This document shows, piece by piece, positions 1-9,860 of a stretch of 64,000 nt of DNA; the stretch's first letter is position 1; the number at the start of each line of letters is the position of its first letter. The notes under the pieces were generated by a model. The model did not search any database. It worked only from the letters and a program-made list of their open reading frames with translations, and was not told the DNA's origin. Source of the stretch: Patescibacteria group bacterium (GTDB taxonomy: Bacteria > Patescibacteriota > Minisyncoccia > Moranbacterales > DUUL01); the NCBI GenBank assembly GCA_015493225.1, contig WGDO01000031.1, positions 1,355 to 65,354 on the forward strand, written 5' to 3'. The position numbers were made by a program, and so were the translations under genes.

Positions 1-5
1 GAACT

Positions 6-3000
6 TTGGTAGATAAAGAGTATGTGGATAATCAATTAATGTGGGAAATAATGCCGGCTAGTACCGGAGGAATGAGAATTCAGCCAAAAAATAATAGTGT
101 GCGACAAATTTTTGTGCAGAGAGATGATAATAGTTATACTCAGTTTAAGGTGAGGAATAATAATGACGCGGGCAATGGAGCGGGAGCTATTATTGAGTTG
201 AAGGGTTCTGGAGCAGACTATACCAATAATATGTATATTGGTAAGTATGGAGCAAGTTTTTGGATACCGGAATTACGAGATAATGGAGCAGTTTTAACAG
301 ATAAAAATCTTGTTATTGGTACCGCTTCTGATTCACATGAAATTCATTTTGTAACAGGAAATTCCTATACAGATTTGCAGCCTGTGGTAGTGGCCGATAA
401 TGAAGGGTTTAGATATACTTCTGATTTATCTGCGACTTTTGTGGATAGAACTTTGGTGGACAAGGCGTATGTAGACAATGCTATTATTGCTGGGACTAAT
501 AATATTTATACGGCGGACGGGACTTTGACTAGTGAAAGAGGGTTGAGTGGTAATGGAGGTGCGTTTGGGATTGCATTTACAGAATTAAATGAATTTAATA
601 TAGATGATACAGGCTCAATTAATTTTGAGGCTACGGGAGACGGTAATTTTACAGCTCCATCTTTTAATATAGGATCGTATAGTACTGTAACCCTTGATAT
701 GACAAGTGGAGTTTCTGCTATTTTTAATGACCATAGAGTTACAAAAACAGGCGTTGAATACGGAGCTGATTATTCTGCAAATTATACAAATCGTTCTTTG
801 GTGGATAAAGAATATGTAGACAATGCTATTACAGCTGGAATTAATAATATTTATACGGCGGATGGGACTTTGACGGGAAATAGAATTATTACTATGGGAA
901 CTAATAATCTTCAGTTTGATTCCGCCGGTCAGATAGGGTTATTATTTTTGGACAGTGTTAATAATAGGGTCGGAATTGGGACAAGTAGTCCAAATAACTT
1001 GTTTCAGGTAAGTGGGTTGATTGATTTTGATGATGCGACTTCAAGTACTTTTTTTGGAAAAGATGCCGGAACTAACAATACGGCCAACTTTAATACATTT
1101 ATTGGATTTGAAGCCGGCCAGGTAACAACTTCCGGTCAACAAAATGTATACATAGGATATAGGGCGGGTAATGCCAACACTACTGGAAAAAATGGTGTTT
1201 TTATAGGAGAGAGTGCCGGAACTATGAATACTACCGGTAAATCCAATACTTTTGTTGGGCGTAAATCTGGTGAAAATAATACAACCGGTAATGAAAATAC
1301 TTTTATCGGCAAAGAATCCGGTCGATATACTACTACCGGAGGAAATAATACCGGGCTAGGTACCCAATCTTTAAGAGGCAATACAACTGGTGAATATAAT
1401 ATGGCTTTGGGAAATAATTCTTTACAGTATTCTGCCAATGCCAATCGTAATGTTGCCATTGGGTTTAGTGCTTTAGGTGGGTTTGATCATGTATATAATA
1501 ATAATGTTGTAATTGGTACTGAGGCTGGCAATCAATCAGCGGATTTAGATGGATGTGTCATGATAGGGGATAGAGTTGGAGTGACAAATACCGTAAATAA
1601 TCGTTTAATGATTGATAATTCCGGAACAAATACACCGCTTTTGGATGGTTATTTTGATAGTGATATTTTGCGAGTAAATGGAACTTTTCAAATAAACGAT
1701 CCCAGCGGAACGGGGTATGCTTTTCCCATTGCCGATGGAACAAGTGGGCAAGTTTTACAAACGGATGGTAATGGAAATTTGTCTTGGGCTTCATCTTCTG
1801 GTGGTTCCGGAGTTACTGCCTCAAATGGCTTAACGGAAGTGGGAAATGATATTAGACTGGGCGGAACATTAACACAAAACACTACAGTGGGAAGTGATAC
1901 CGACAATAGCTATCTTATATTCAGAAATTATCAAAATAATATAGCATTTTTTTCTCATAAAGACAGTGCAAATTATTCATATTTGTCAATACATTCAGGA
2001 GCGGCTGATTTTCCGCATATAGCTTTTAGGACATATAATAATGGTAATAAATATGAAATATTGGCAGATAGTAGTTTAGGTGGAGTTATTACTGATGATA
2101 TAAATCATAGAGGTCTTCAATATTATGAAGATTATTCAGCTAATTATACGAATAGAACTTTGGTAGATAAGGAATATGTAGATAATCAAATTAGTCCATT
2201 TGACACTACTGCTAATGTTACCTCAAATGAAAACGACGATTATGCCAATGATGATTTTGTGTTTGGGTCTTCTAGCTTGGCTAATGACGGCAATGACAAT
2301 CACGATAGAAGATTTTTCTTTGATAAATCTAAGGCTGCGTTTAGGGCTGGTTATACTCCAGGTTCTGAATGGGATGATGCTAATGTTGGTGTTGGTTCAA
2401 TTGCATTAGGTAGCGGATATGTTGATGGTGAAGGTTCTATAACTAATGCTCCAATTGCTTCTGGTATTAGGTCGACAGCTATTGGTATCGATGCAGTTGC
2501 CAGCGGTGATGATTCATTCGCTATAGTGCGGTCTGAAGCTATTGGCAATACTTCATTTGCTATAACGAATGGTACTGCAAACGGCTCTAATTCAGTTGCA
2601 ATGTCTGGGGGTATAACTAATAGTTCCAATTCAGTTGCAATGGCACATGGTACAACAAATGGAAATTATGCAGTTGCTATTGGTAGTAATACTACTGCTT
2701 CTGCTTATGCAGTTGCAATGGGATATCTTTCAACGGCATCTGGTCAAGACTCTGTAGCAATGGGGCAAAATTCTACTGCCTCTGCACTTGGTTCTGTTGC
2801 CTTAGGTCTTAACCCTATTGCTTCTGGTAATGCGGGTATTGCCTTAGGGCAAGGGGTATTAGCTAAATCTTATGCTGAAATTGCTTTGGGTTCTTATAAT
2901 ACGGATTATAATCCTAACAATACTACTGATGTTGATTTGTCTGATAGGGCGTTTGTGATTGGTAACGGTATTAACGATGTAAATAGATCAGATGCATTTA

Positions 3001-6000
3001 TTATGCTAAAAGATGGTTCAAGTACGTTTACTAATGTAGCATCTTATGATGCTGATTATTCAGGTTCTTATACTAATCATTCTTTGGTAGACAAGGCTTA
3101 CGTAGATAATGCTGTTGCCAGCGGCGGTTCTTCCTCTTGGACCAAAACTGGAACAAACCTTTCCCCAACAACAGCAGGAGATGATGTTTTGTTAAGTGCT
3201 GGAGAAACATTAAGCATCGCTGATTTAGCTCAAGGTTCTATTCCTTTTATCGGTGTTGGAGGATTGTTTACTCAGGATAACAATAATTTATTTTGGGATT
3301 CCGGGAACAATACTATGGGCATTGGTACCAATACTCCTTCATCAGCTCTTGATATAAACTCAAATGGGGCTAATGGGGTAGCGATATTTACCATAGGCAA
3401 TACTGCCGGAGACATTCAAATGTTTAGAACAGATGCTACCCCAGATGGTTCGGTAGCTGGTTCAATTGGTGATTTGGCTTTTGACGGGACAAATGGTGAA
3501 GTGTATATTAAAAATTCTGGGAACGGAACAAATACTGGTTGGTTAAGAATGTTGCGACAGGGAGATTTGTCTTCTTTATGGGATGCAGATGCAGATACGG
3601 GAATTCAGGTTGAAGAAACAGCCGATGAAGATATGATTCGGTTTGATACGGCTGGCAGTCAGAGAATGATAGTAAACAATAATGGTTATGTTGGTATAAA
3701 TACAGAAAATTTTGCTCATAATGTTGCAACTTTTGGTTCTGTTTTACCAACGGTTAATATTGTACAATCAAATTTAACAATGGCTGGTATAAATATTGAT
3801 AGGTTTAGTGACGATGACCAACCGGCAAGATTTTCACTTGGAAAAGCAAGGGGTACTGAATCTACTCCGACAGTTCTTCAAGCGGGGGATGAAATTATGG
3901 AATTATCTGGCATAGCTTATGATGGTGGTCAATACATATCTTCAGGTGGTCTTATTGTAAAAACAGATGGAGTTCCGGGAGCAAATAATGTACCAACTGA
4001 AATGACTTTTTTAACTACTCAATCAGGTGCTTTAGGTTCGGATGAAAAAATGGTTTTGACTTCTGATGGTAAATTAGGTATTGGTAATTTGACTCCAAGT
4101 AGTACTTTACATGTCGAAAGTGTTTCTGGTAATGTTGCTGATCCAATTTTAACTTTAGAAAATGGTGGAGGAGATTTTCAAGTTTTTAATGTTGTTAATA
4201 GTCCAGAAAGTGATATTAGTGGCTCTATTGGAGATTTAGCAGTTGATAATACTCACGGTAATATATATATTAAAGGAACAGGGACAGGTACTAATACTGG
4301 ATGGTTGCAATTAGCCACAAATAGTGGTTCTTCTCCTTGGACTAAAACCGGAACAAATCTTTCTCCAACTGCTGCTGGAGATGATGTTTTGTTAAATGTC
4401 GGAGAAACTTTAAGTATTTCTGATTTAACTCAAGGTTCAATTCCTTTTATTGGAGCTAGTGGTTTAGTTTCCCAGGATAACAATAATTTATTTTGGAATA
4501 ATGCTGATAATAGGTTGGGGATTGGAACAACTAATCCAAATTATTCTTTAGCGGTAGTTGGAACTGGTTCCGGAACAAATGGAAGTTTGGAATTGGCAAC
4601 CTATGCTAATGCTGGACCCCCTTCTGCTTTGTATTTACATAGATCAGGTGGTACAGAGGCTGCACCTACAGCTGTAACAAACAGTATGCCAATGGGCGGA
4701 TTAATGACGGGAGGATATGATGGAACTAGTATGGTAGCATATTCTGCTGGGGTGCAAATGGATGCAACAGAAGATTGGTCTAATTCAGCCCATGGAACAA
4801 GACTATTTTTTTCAACAACAGCAAATGGAACAACTGGTATGAGTACTAAAATGGTAATTGACAATAATGGTAGGGTTGGCATAGGAAGTGCTATTACTCC
4901 AAATGCTTTATTGGATGTTCGTGGAGATGCAGTGTTCAATGATGATGCCGGAGATTATGATTTTAGAATTGAGGGAGATACTGATCAAAATTTATTTTTT
5001 GTGGATGCTGGGAATAATAGGGTGGGTATTGGTACGGCTACTCCTAGTGTTAAATTACAAGTTAGTGGACAGGCAAGAGCTTCCAGCTTTAGGTCGGCCA
5101 ATGGTACAGCTGGGTCTCCATCCTATAGATTTGATGGAGACACAAACACGGGATTATTTAGAGCGGCGGCCGATAATTTAGCTTTTACAACGGGAGGGTC
5201 TGAAGCAATGAGAATTGATGCTAGTGGCAATTTAGGACTTGGAATTACAGTTCCTACCTATAGGATGACAATAGCTGGAGGAGCGTTAATGTTGGATGGT
5301 ATTGCAGCAGCTCCAACTGCATCCCAGGGTTACGCCGGTATTTATACTAATAATGGAGAGTTATATGCTTTTGACGAAAGCGCTAATTCAACACAAATCT
5401 CTCCTCATGATAAGAATGGCAAGTGGTGGTATAACTCTACTAATTTAGAAACTGGTAGTACTCTGCAAATTAAAATGGAAGACTTGACTAAGGATTTAAA
5501 TAAACTCTTAGGAGGAGGATATATTTTGGAGAATGGAACATTAGTTGACGAGGGGCAAAATGTTATTGAAAATTTAAGAACTAATATTTTGAGTGAGGAT
5601 AAAGTTATAGAGGATTTACGAGAAGCGTTGAAAAACATTGATGTGGAGGAATTGGACAACAGGATTGATGATAATGAAAATTTGATTGGTGAAATTAATA
5701 ACAGTATTAAAAATATCATAGATGAGATCAAACAACTTTGGGAAAAGGTAACAAAAAATTCTGATGATATTGAGGGATTAAAGAAAGAAAATGACGAGTT
5801 AAAAAAAGAGCTTTGTAAAGAAAATGATGATTATTCTTGGTGTGAAGATAAGGATATTAATAATGAAGATAGTGGTGATGAAGAAAATAATAATGAAGAA
5901 GTTCAGAATGATGGACAGCCAATGGAAGAGGGAATTGTTGAAGATGATGCAGATAATGTAGGAGGGGATAATAATTCTGGGGTAGCAGAAGATACAATGG

Positions 6001-6104
6001 GTAGTGATGATGAGCAAGTAGTTGAAAATCAAAATGATAATGAAGACGGTGACAATGGGGCTGTAAATAGTCAGCTTGACAATAAACAAGATAGTGTGAA
6101 GTAA
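6..6104 (+). CDS. Giant repetitive surface or adhesin-like protein of more than 2,032 aa, 5'-partial because the repeat continues upstream of the window. It has tandem ~380-aa repeats, a recurring 'NNLFWxxxNNR(V/L)GIGTxxP' tail-fibre-like motif, a coiled-coil segment and a poly-acidic C-terminal tail.
   Basis: A single 6.1-kb ORF. The motif 'Y(S/T)ANYTNR(S/T)LVDKEYVDN' occurs at least 6 times. There is an internal duplication at ~85% nt identity (nt ~3135-3310 versus ~4335-4510; SWTKTGTNLSPTxAGDDVLL...QDNNNLFW). The C-terminus is DE-rich low complexity. The first codon in the window (TTG) lies inside a repeat unit identical to the one at nt 2150-2185. Confidence 0.6.
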   Translation: MVDKEYVDNQLMWEIMPASTGGMRIQPKNNSVRQIFVQRDDNSYTQFKVRNNNDAGNGAGAIIELKGSGADYTNNMYIGKYGASFWIPELRDNGAVLTDKNLVIGTASDSHEIHFVTGNSYTDLQPVVVADNEGFRYTSDLSATFVDRTLVDKAYVDNAIIAGTNNIYTADGTLTSERGLSGNGGAFGIAFTELNEFNIDDTGSINFEATGDGNFTAPSFNIGSYSTVTLDMTSGVSAIFNDHRVTKTGVEYGADYSANYTNRSLVDKEYVDNAITAGINNIYTADGTLTGNRIITMGTNNLQFDSAGQIGLLFLDSVNNRVGIGTSSPNNLFQVSGLIDFDDATSSTFFGKDAGTNNTANFNTFIGFEAGQVTTSGQQNVYIGYRAGNANTTGKNGVFIGESAGTMNTTGKSNTFVGRKSGENNTTGNENTFIGKESGRYTTTGGNNTGLGTQSLRGNTTGEYNMALGNNSLQYSANANRNVAIGFSALGGFDHVYNNNVVIGTEAGNQSADLDGCVMIGDRVGVTNTVNNRLMIDNSGTNTPLLDGYFDSDILRVNGTFQINDPSGTGYAFPIADGTSGQVLQTDGNGNLSWASSSGGSGVTASNGLTEVGNDIRLGGTLTQNTTVGSDTDNSYLIFRNYQNNIAFFSHKDSANYSYLSIHSGAADFPHIAFRTYNNGNKYEILADSSLGGVITDDINHRGLQYYEDYSANYTNRTLVDKEYVDNQISPFDTTANVTSNENDDYANDDFVFGSSSLANDGNDNHDRRFFFDKSKAAFRAGYTPGSEWDDANVGVGSIALGSGYVDGEGSITNAPIASGIRSTAIGIDAVASGDDSFAIVRSEAIGNTSFAITNGTANGSNSVAMSGGITNSSNSVAMAHGTTNGNYAVAIGSNTTASAYAVAMGYLSTASGQDSVAMGQNSTASALGSVALGLNPIASGNAGIALGQGVLAKSYAEIALGSYNTDYNPNNTTDVDLSDRAFVIGNGINDVNRSDAFIMLKDGSSTFTNVASYDADYSGSYTNHSLVDKAYVDNAVASGGSSSWTKTGTNLSPTTAGDDVLLSAGETLSIADLAQGSIPFIGVGGLFTQDNNNLFWDSGNNTMGIGTNTPSSALDINSNGANGVAIFTIGNTAGDIQMFRTDATPDGSVAGSIGDLAFDGTNGEVYIKNSGNGTNTGWLRMLRQGDLSSLWDADADTGIQVEETADEDMIRFDTAGSQRMIVNNNGYVGINTENFAHNVATFGSVLPTVNIVQSNLTMAGINIDRFSDDDQPARFSLGKARGTESTPTVLQAGDEIMELSGIAYDGGQYISSGGLIVKTDGVPGANNVPTEMTFLTTQSGALGSDEKMVLTSDGKLGIGNLTPSSTLHVESVSGNVADPILTLENGGGDFQVFNVVNSPESDISGSIGDLAVDNTHGNIYIKGTGTGTNTGWLQLATNSGSSPWTKTGTNLSPTAAGDDVLLNVGETLSISDLTQGSIPFIGASGLVSQDNNNLFWNNADNRLGIGTTNPNYSLAVVGTGSGTNGSLELATYANAGPPSALYLHRSGGTEAAPTAVTNSMPMGGLMTGGYDGTSMVAYSAGVQMDATEDWSNSAHGTRLFFSTTANGTTGMSTKMVIDNNGRVGIGSAITPNALLDVRGDAVFNDDAGDYDFRIEGDTDQNLFFVDAGNNRVGIGTATPSVKLQVSGQARASSFRSANGTAGSPSYRFDGDTNTGLFRAAADNLAFTTGGSEAMRIDASGNLGLGITVPTYRMTIAGGALMLDGIAAAPTASQGYAGIYTNNGELYAFDESANSTQISPHDKNGKWWYNSTNLETGSTLQIKMEDLTKDLNKLLGGGYILENGTLVDEGQNVIENLRTNILSEDKVIEDLREALKNIDVEELDNRIDDNENLIGEINNSIKNIIDEIKQLWEKVTKNSDDIEGLKKENDELKKELCKENDDYSWCEDKDINNEDSGDEENNNEEVQNDGQPMEEGIVEDDADNVGGDNNSGVAEDTMGSDDEQVVENQNDNEDGDNGAVNSQLDNKQDSVK

Positions 6105-6147
6105 TTTGGTTGAGGTGATAATTTTTAATGTTCTGTACAAGTAAGAT

Positions 6148-8013
6148 TTGTCGCCTACAAAGAATAAACTTTGCTTAAGCTCAATAGTTTCTAAAAATAG
6201 CTTTAAAAAAAGTAAAGATATTGAAAATAATGAAATGTTAGATTTGATTAAAAAAATTAGTGAATTGAAAATACCGATAATTGTAATTATTGGTGGAATT
6301 TTTTTGATATTTATAGCCTTGTTTTTAAAAAAGGCTTATATTAAAAAACAGCATAAATTTTTTATTGGATTGGCAACCTTGGGGATGAGTTTATTGATTT
6401 TTTTAATTTTACTGGTATTAAATATTCCTTGGTTTCAAAATTTAAATTATTTACAAACTAGATTGTATAATCCGCAGAAAGAAGAAAATCAACATGCTAA
6501 ACTTGATACGACCCAAGATGTTATTCAGACACTTGATTTTAATAAGTTGAATAATACTTTAAATATTTCTGATGGCAATACTGTTAATCTTTCATCTTTA
6601 ATAGAAAAGTATAAGGCTGGATTAGGTTTGAGATTAGATGACGATACTTTTTCCCTAACCAGTAAAAATAGTGAGGGAACCTATGGGTCTAAAAATAAAA
6701 TTCCTCAAATTAAAGTTGACGAGCAGGGGCGTATTTTAGATGTTACAGAAATTTCTTTAGAAGACTCTGGAAATGGCAATGGTGAGGCTCAAATTTTATC
6801 CTTTGATTCCAGTACGGATAGTTTGTCTATTTCTGATGGTAATGAAGTGGACTTGTCTTCCCTGAATAATAATTATGATGGGGTTGCTGGTTCAGTTTTT
6901 TTTGCTGGAGCGAATGGAACGTTAGCTGAAAATAATGGAAATTTATTTTGGGATAATAATCATAATAGACTGGGACTGGGGACAACTACGCCGGATGAGC
7001 AGTTACATATTACGCAAAATATGAGGTTAGACCATGCTTTTGAAGATAAAGATGGAGAAGCTGGTACTGTAGGTCAAGTTTTAACATCAACGGGTACGGG
7101 AACTGACTGGGTTGATAATGTGGCGTACCCAATTCCATTTATTTCATCTTTGACACCAGTAACTGTTATTAATGGTTCTACTAATACAATTACCATTACT
7201 GGTTATAATTTTACACCAACATCGGCAGTAGCTATTTCCGGAGGTAATGTTGTAAACTCAGTAAATATTTTATCACCGGTGGAAATGCAGGTAAATGTTA
7301 CAGCGGTTGGAATAGATGGTAGCTATGATATAGTTATTTCAAATGATGGTGTTTTAAATACAGAATGGACTGGTAACGGAGTTGGATTGTTCAAAGTGAA
7401 TACCAGCGATGGAACAACTCAAGCTACGGCGGGAATAAGTTGTAAACATATTTTAGATGATGGTTTTTCTACGGGTGATGGAACTTACTGGATAAATCCC
7501 GATGGAGGTAGCACGGCCAATGCTTTTCAAGCATATTGTGATATGACAACGGACGGAGGCGGTTGGACTAGAATTGATTATGCTGCTGATTTACCTCATC
7601 AGGCACAATTTTCTGGTGGAGATGCTGATCGTTGGTTGCCAAATAATTTTACTTTTGTTTTAACTGATACACAAATTAATAATATCAGAAGTGTTTCGAC
7701 GGAAGGTAAACAGAGATATCACGGCACTTGTCAGGGAGTAATTCATTATCGTTATCAAACTAATAATTATGCTTATGCCTTTGGCTTTAGATTTCAAAAT
7801 GGAGATGAAACAGTATTTGATCAACAAAATTATCCTAGTACTAATATAGCAGTACCTAATGATGGTTGTCGAATTAATAATAATACGATGAGTAGTACTG
7901 ATTTTGACATTGCTGACATTAGGGTGCCGGTTATTAATGTGCATTCACGAGATAATTCTAGTACGGAACAATTTGGTTCACCTTTAACAAGTTATCCGGC
8001 TTGGTTAAGATAG
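6148..8013 (+). CDS. Membrane-anchored protein with an IPT/TIG-like domain and a C-terminal fibrinogen-related domain (FReD).
   Basis: N-terminal TM helix (IPIIVIIGGIFLIFIALFL). Repeated 'SISDGNxVxLSSL' units. It shares the 'NGNLFWDNNHNRLGLGTTTP' motif with the upstream giant protein. The 'ITITGYNFTPTSAVAISGG' segment looks like an IPT domain. 'GTYWINPDGG...AFQAYCDMTTDGGGWTRIDY' matches the fibrinogen C-terminal domain signature (CDMxTDGGGWT). Confidence 0.6.
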   Translation: MSPTKNKLCLSSIVSKNSFKKSKDIENNEMLDLIKKISELKIPIIVIIGGIFLIFIALFLKKAYIKKQHKFFIGLATLGMSLLIFLILLVLNIPWFQNLNYLQTRLYNPQKEENQHAKLDTTQDVIQTLDFNKLNNTLNISDGNTVNLSSLIEKYKAGLGLRLDDDTFSLTSKNSEGTYGSKNKIPQIKVDEQGRILDVTEISLEDSGNGNGEAQILSFDSSTDSLSISDGNEVDLSSLNNNYDGVAGSVFFAGANGTLAENNGNLFWDNNHNRLGLGTTTPDEQLHITQNMRLDHAFEDKDGEAGTVGQVLTSTGTGTDWVDNVAYPIPFISSLTPVTVINGSTNTITITGYNFTPTSAVAISGGNVVNSVNILSPVEMQVNVTAVGIDGSYDIVISNDGVLNTEWTGNGVGLFKVNTSDGTTQATAGISCKHILDDGFSTGDGTYWINPDGGSTANAFQAYCDMTTDGGGWTRIDYAADLPHQAQFSGGDADRWLPNNFTFVLTDTQINNIRSVSTEGKQRYHGTCQGVIHYRYQTNNYAYAFGFRFQNGDETVFDQQNYPSTNIAVPNDGCRINNNTMSSTDFDIADIRVPVINVHSRDNSSTEQFGSPLTSYPAWLR

Positions 8014-8071
8014 CATTTTGTGGCATAATACATTATATAGAACTTATCTAGGGTTCTTTTCTTTCAATGTT

Positions 8072-8177
8072 CCGCTAAGCTTTTTGAATGTTATTTTCTA
8101 CCTGATGTTTGACGCTTTGTTGATTAAAGAGGGCGTCAAACATGCGTCCGAAAATAACATCCAAAAAGCTTAGCGGG
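8072..8177. repeat. ~105-nt asymmetric hairpin element, copy 1 of 4 (arms 'aagcttt(t/c)tggatgttattttctacctgatgtttgac' and 'gtcaaacatgcgtccgaaaataacatcc(a)aaaagctt').
   Basis: Near-perfect inverted repeat read directly from the sequence. Related copies are at 8834-8936, 21853-21953 and 63879-63979. The shared upstream flank 'tagaacttatctag' is at 8038 and 8801. Confidence 0.8.
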
Positions 8178-8241
8178 TAAAGGGCTTAGAAGTCTAATAA
8201 AAACTAGGAGAATAAATGGTTAAAAAGTTTAATTACAAGAG

Positions 8242-8781
8242 ATGTTAAAAAGAAAAATAAAAATTTTTATTTTTATTGGAGTTATTTTGTCTATATTTAA
8301 TGGCATTAATATTGTTCAGGCCAAAGATAAACAAAAAAATACTTATGTAAAAGACGGAATGGTTTTTGTGGTGGGTAAACATAAACCAGATGAGAGAATT
8401 AAATCAAAAGACAAAGTTAATAAGCGTATTAATCCTAAAAAAGCAACAACTAGTAATATTAGTGAACAGGATATATCTGATAACGAGAAGATGGTTGAAA
8501 ATATAGATAATGAAGATAGCCTGGAAAAAATAACAGAAAAAGATGTAACTGAAAAAGAAGGTTTAATATATGTATTTATTGGGGCAATAAGGGGGCTTTG
8601 GGAAAAAATAACTTCCTTAGGTGAAAGAATGGATAAGCAGGATGATAATATTAATAATTTAGTGGAAACAGCAACATCAACAACGGATGAGCTTACTGAC
8701 CATAATAAAAGATTGGAAAAATTAGAGGAAACTGTTTTTAAAGACGGGGCTAATCAATCTGATGGTAATAAAGAAAAATAA
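8242..8781 (+). CDS. Hypothetical secreted or membrane protein, Lys/Glu-rich with a coiled-coil C-terminus.
   Basis: The ORF has an N-terminal hydrophobic segment (IFIFIGVILSIFNGINIVQA) and no recognisable catalytic motifs. An RBS-like 'aggag' lies upstream. Confidence 0.4.
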   Translation: MLKRKIKIFIFIGVILSIFNGINIVQAKDKQKNTYVKDGMVFVVGKHKPDERIKSKDKVNKRINPKKATTSNISEQDISDNEKMVENIDNEDSLEKITEKDVTEKEGLIYVFIGAIRGLWEKITSLGERMDKQDDNINNLVETATSTTDELTDHNKRLEKLEETVFKDGANQSDGNKEK

Positions 8782-8833
8782 ATGTTATAATAAGGTTAGT
8801 TAGAACTTATCTAGAATTTTTTCTGCAATGTCC

Positions 8834-8936
8834 CGTCAAGCTTTCTGGATGTTATTTTCTACCTGATGTTTGATGCTTCGTTAATTAAAAAAGGCATCAA
8901 ACATGCGTCCGAAAATAACATCCAGAAAGTTTGACT
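8834..8936. repeat. ~105-nt asymmetric hairpin element, copy 2.
   Basis: Same arms as copy 1 and preceded by the same 'tagaacttatctag' flank (8801). Confidence 0.8.
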
Positions 8937-8995
8937 AATAAAGAATTTAGGAGAATAGCCCTGAATGAGTTATTAAATATTTTTTACTAATTGAA

Positions 8996-9736
8996 ATGCC
9001 TAAAAAACAAAAGAAAAAAACAAACAAAAGAGTTTCCCAGAAAGTAAAGGATCATCTTTTTAGTGATGTGACAGCAAAGGATAGGAATAGGGCGGTTGAG
9101 GATATTATTGAATCTTCCAGTCCGCGCAAAAGTTTTTTTGTGATGATTGCTGTTTCGGCTGCTTTGGCGACAATGGGAATTATTGATGATAATGTAGCGG
9201 TGATTATTGGTGGTATGATGGTAGCGCCGATGTTGTCTCCAATATTGGCAATCGCTCTTGGAATAGAAATGGTTGATAATAAATTAATTTATCGTTCTTT
9301 TAAAGTTGTGGCTCTTTGGACTATTTATGCTTTAGGAGCTTCTTTGGTTTTTGCCTTATTATTAAATCAAGGTAAGGTTAATATGGAACAGTTGAACCAT
9401 GAAATGTCTTTGAGGGTTAGTGTGGGGTTGAGTACAATTTTAGTTGCCTTGGTAGCTGGTTTTGGGGCCTCTCTTTCGGTAGTTAGAAGTGAATTGGCTA
9501 AATTTATGTCTGGGGTAGCCATTGCGGTGGCTTTAATTCCGCCGATTTCCACAAGCGCCATTGGAATTAGTATCCTGAATTTTAGAATTTTTTATAATGC
9601 TTTTGCTTCGTTTGTAATTAATTTAATCGGAATTATTTTGGCGGCCTTGGTGGTGTTTTCTTTAGTGAGATTGTCGGATGCTAAAAGAAGATTAAAGTTA
9701 GAGTTGGAAGAGGAGAAGGATTTGTTGGGGGAGTGA
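8996..9736 (+). CDS. DUF389-like integral membrane protein.
   Basis: Lys-rich N-terminus followed by several TM helices. 'GGMMVAPMLSPILAIALG' resembles the conserved core of the DUF389/TIGR00341 family. Confidence 0.4.
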   Translation: MPKKQKKKTNKRVSQKVKDHLFSDVTAKDRNRAVEDIIESSSPRKSFFVMIAVSAALATMGIIDDNVAVIIGGMMVAPMLSPILAIALGIEMVDNKLIYRSFKVVALWTIYALGASLVFALLLNQGKVNMEQLNHEMSLRVSVGLSTILVALVAGFGASLSVVRSELAKFMSGVAIAVALIPPISTSAIGISILNFRIFYNAFASFVINLIGIILAALVVFSLVRLSDAKRRLKLELEEEKDLLGE

Positions 9737-9860
9737 GGTTTGTAAACCAGACATTCGCTGGTCAAGACTTTGTAAAGTCTATAAAGTCGAAAGTCTGGAA
9801 AGTTTATTATGGTAAAGTTTTAATAGGATTTAAAATTTTAATTTTTAAGTTTTTAAAAAT

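Noticed and set aside
1136-5731. Multiple antisense and alternative-frame ORFs (e.g. 1136-1459, 1558-1906, 2351-2629, 4601-4939, 5405-5731, 5799-6140) inside the giant gene
   Set aside because: They are nested within a long, repeat-structured ORF with coherent domain repeats and are low-complexity translations of its complementary strand. They are almost certainly spurious.
6-8013. Prophage region because of the tail-fibre-like motif in the giant protein
   Set aside because: There are no capsid, terminase, portal, integrase or other phage genes in the flanking 10 kb, and the neighbour is a TM-anchored FReD protein. A cellular surface protein is more parsimonious.
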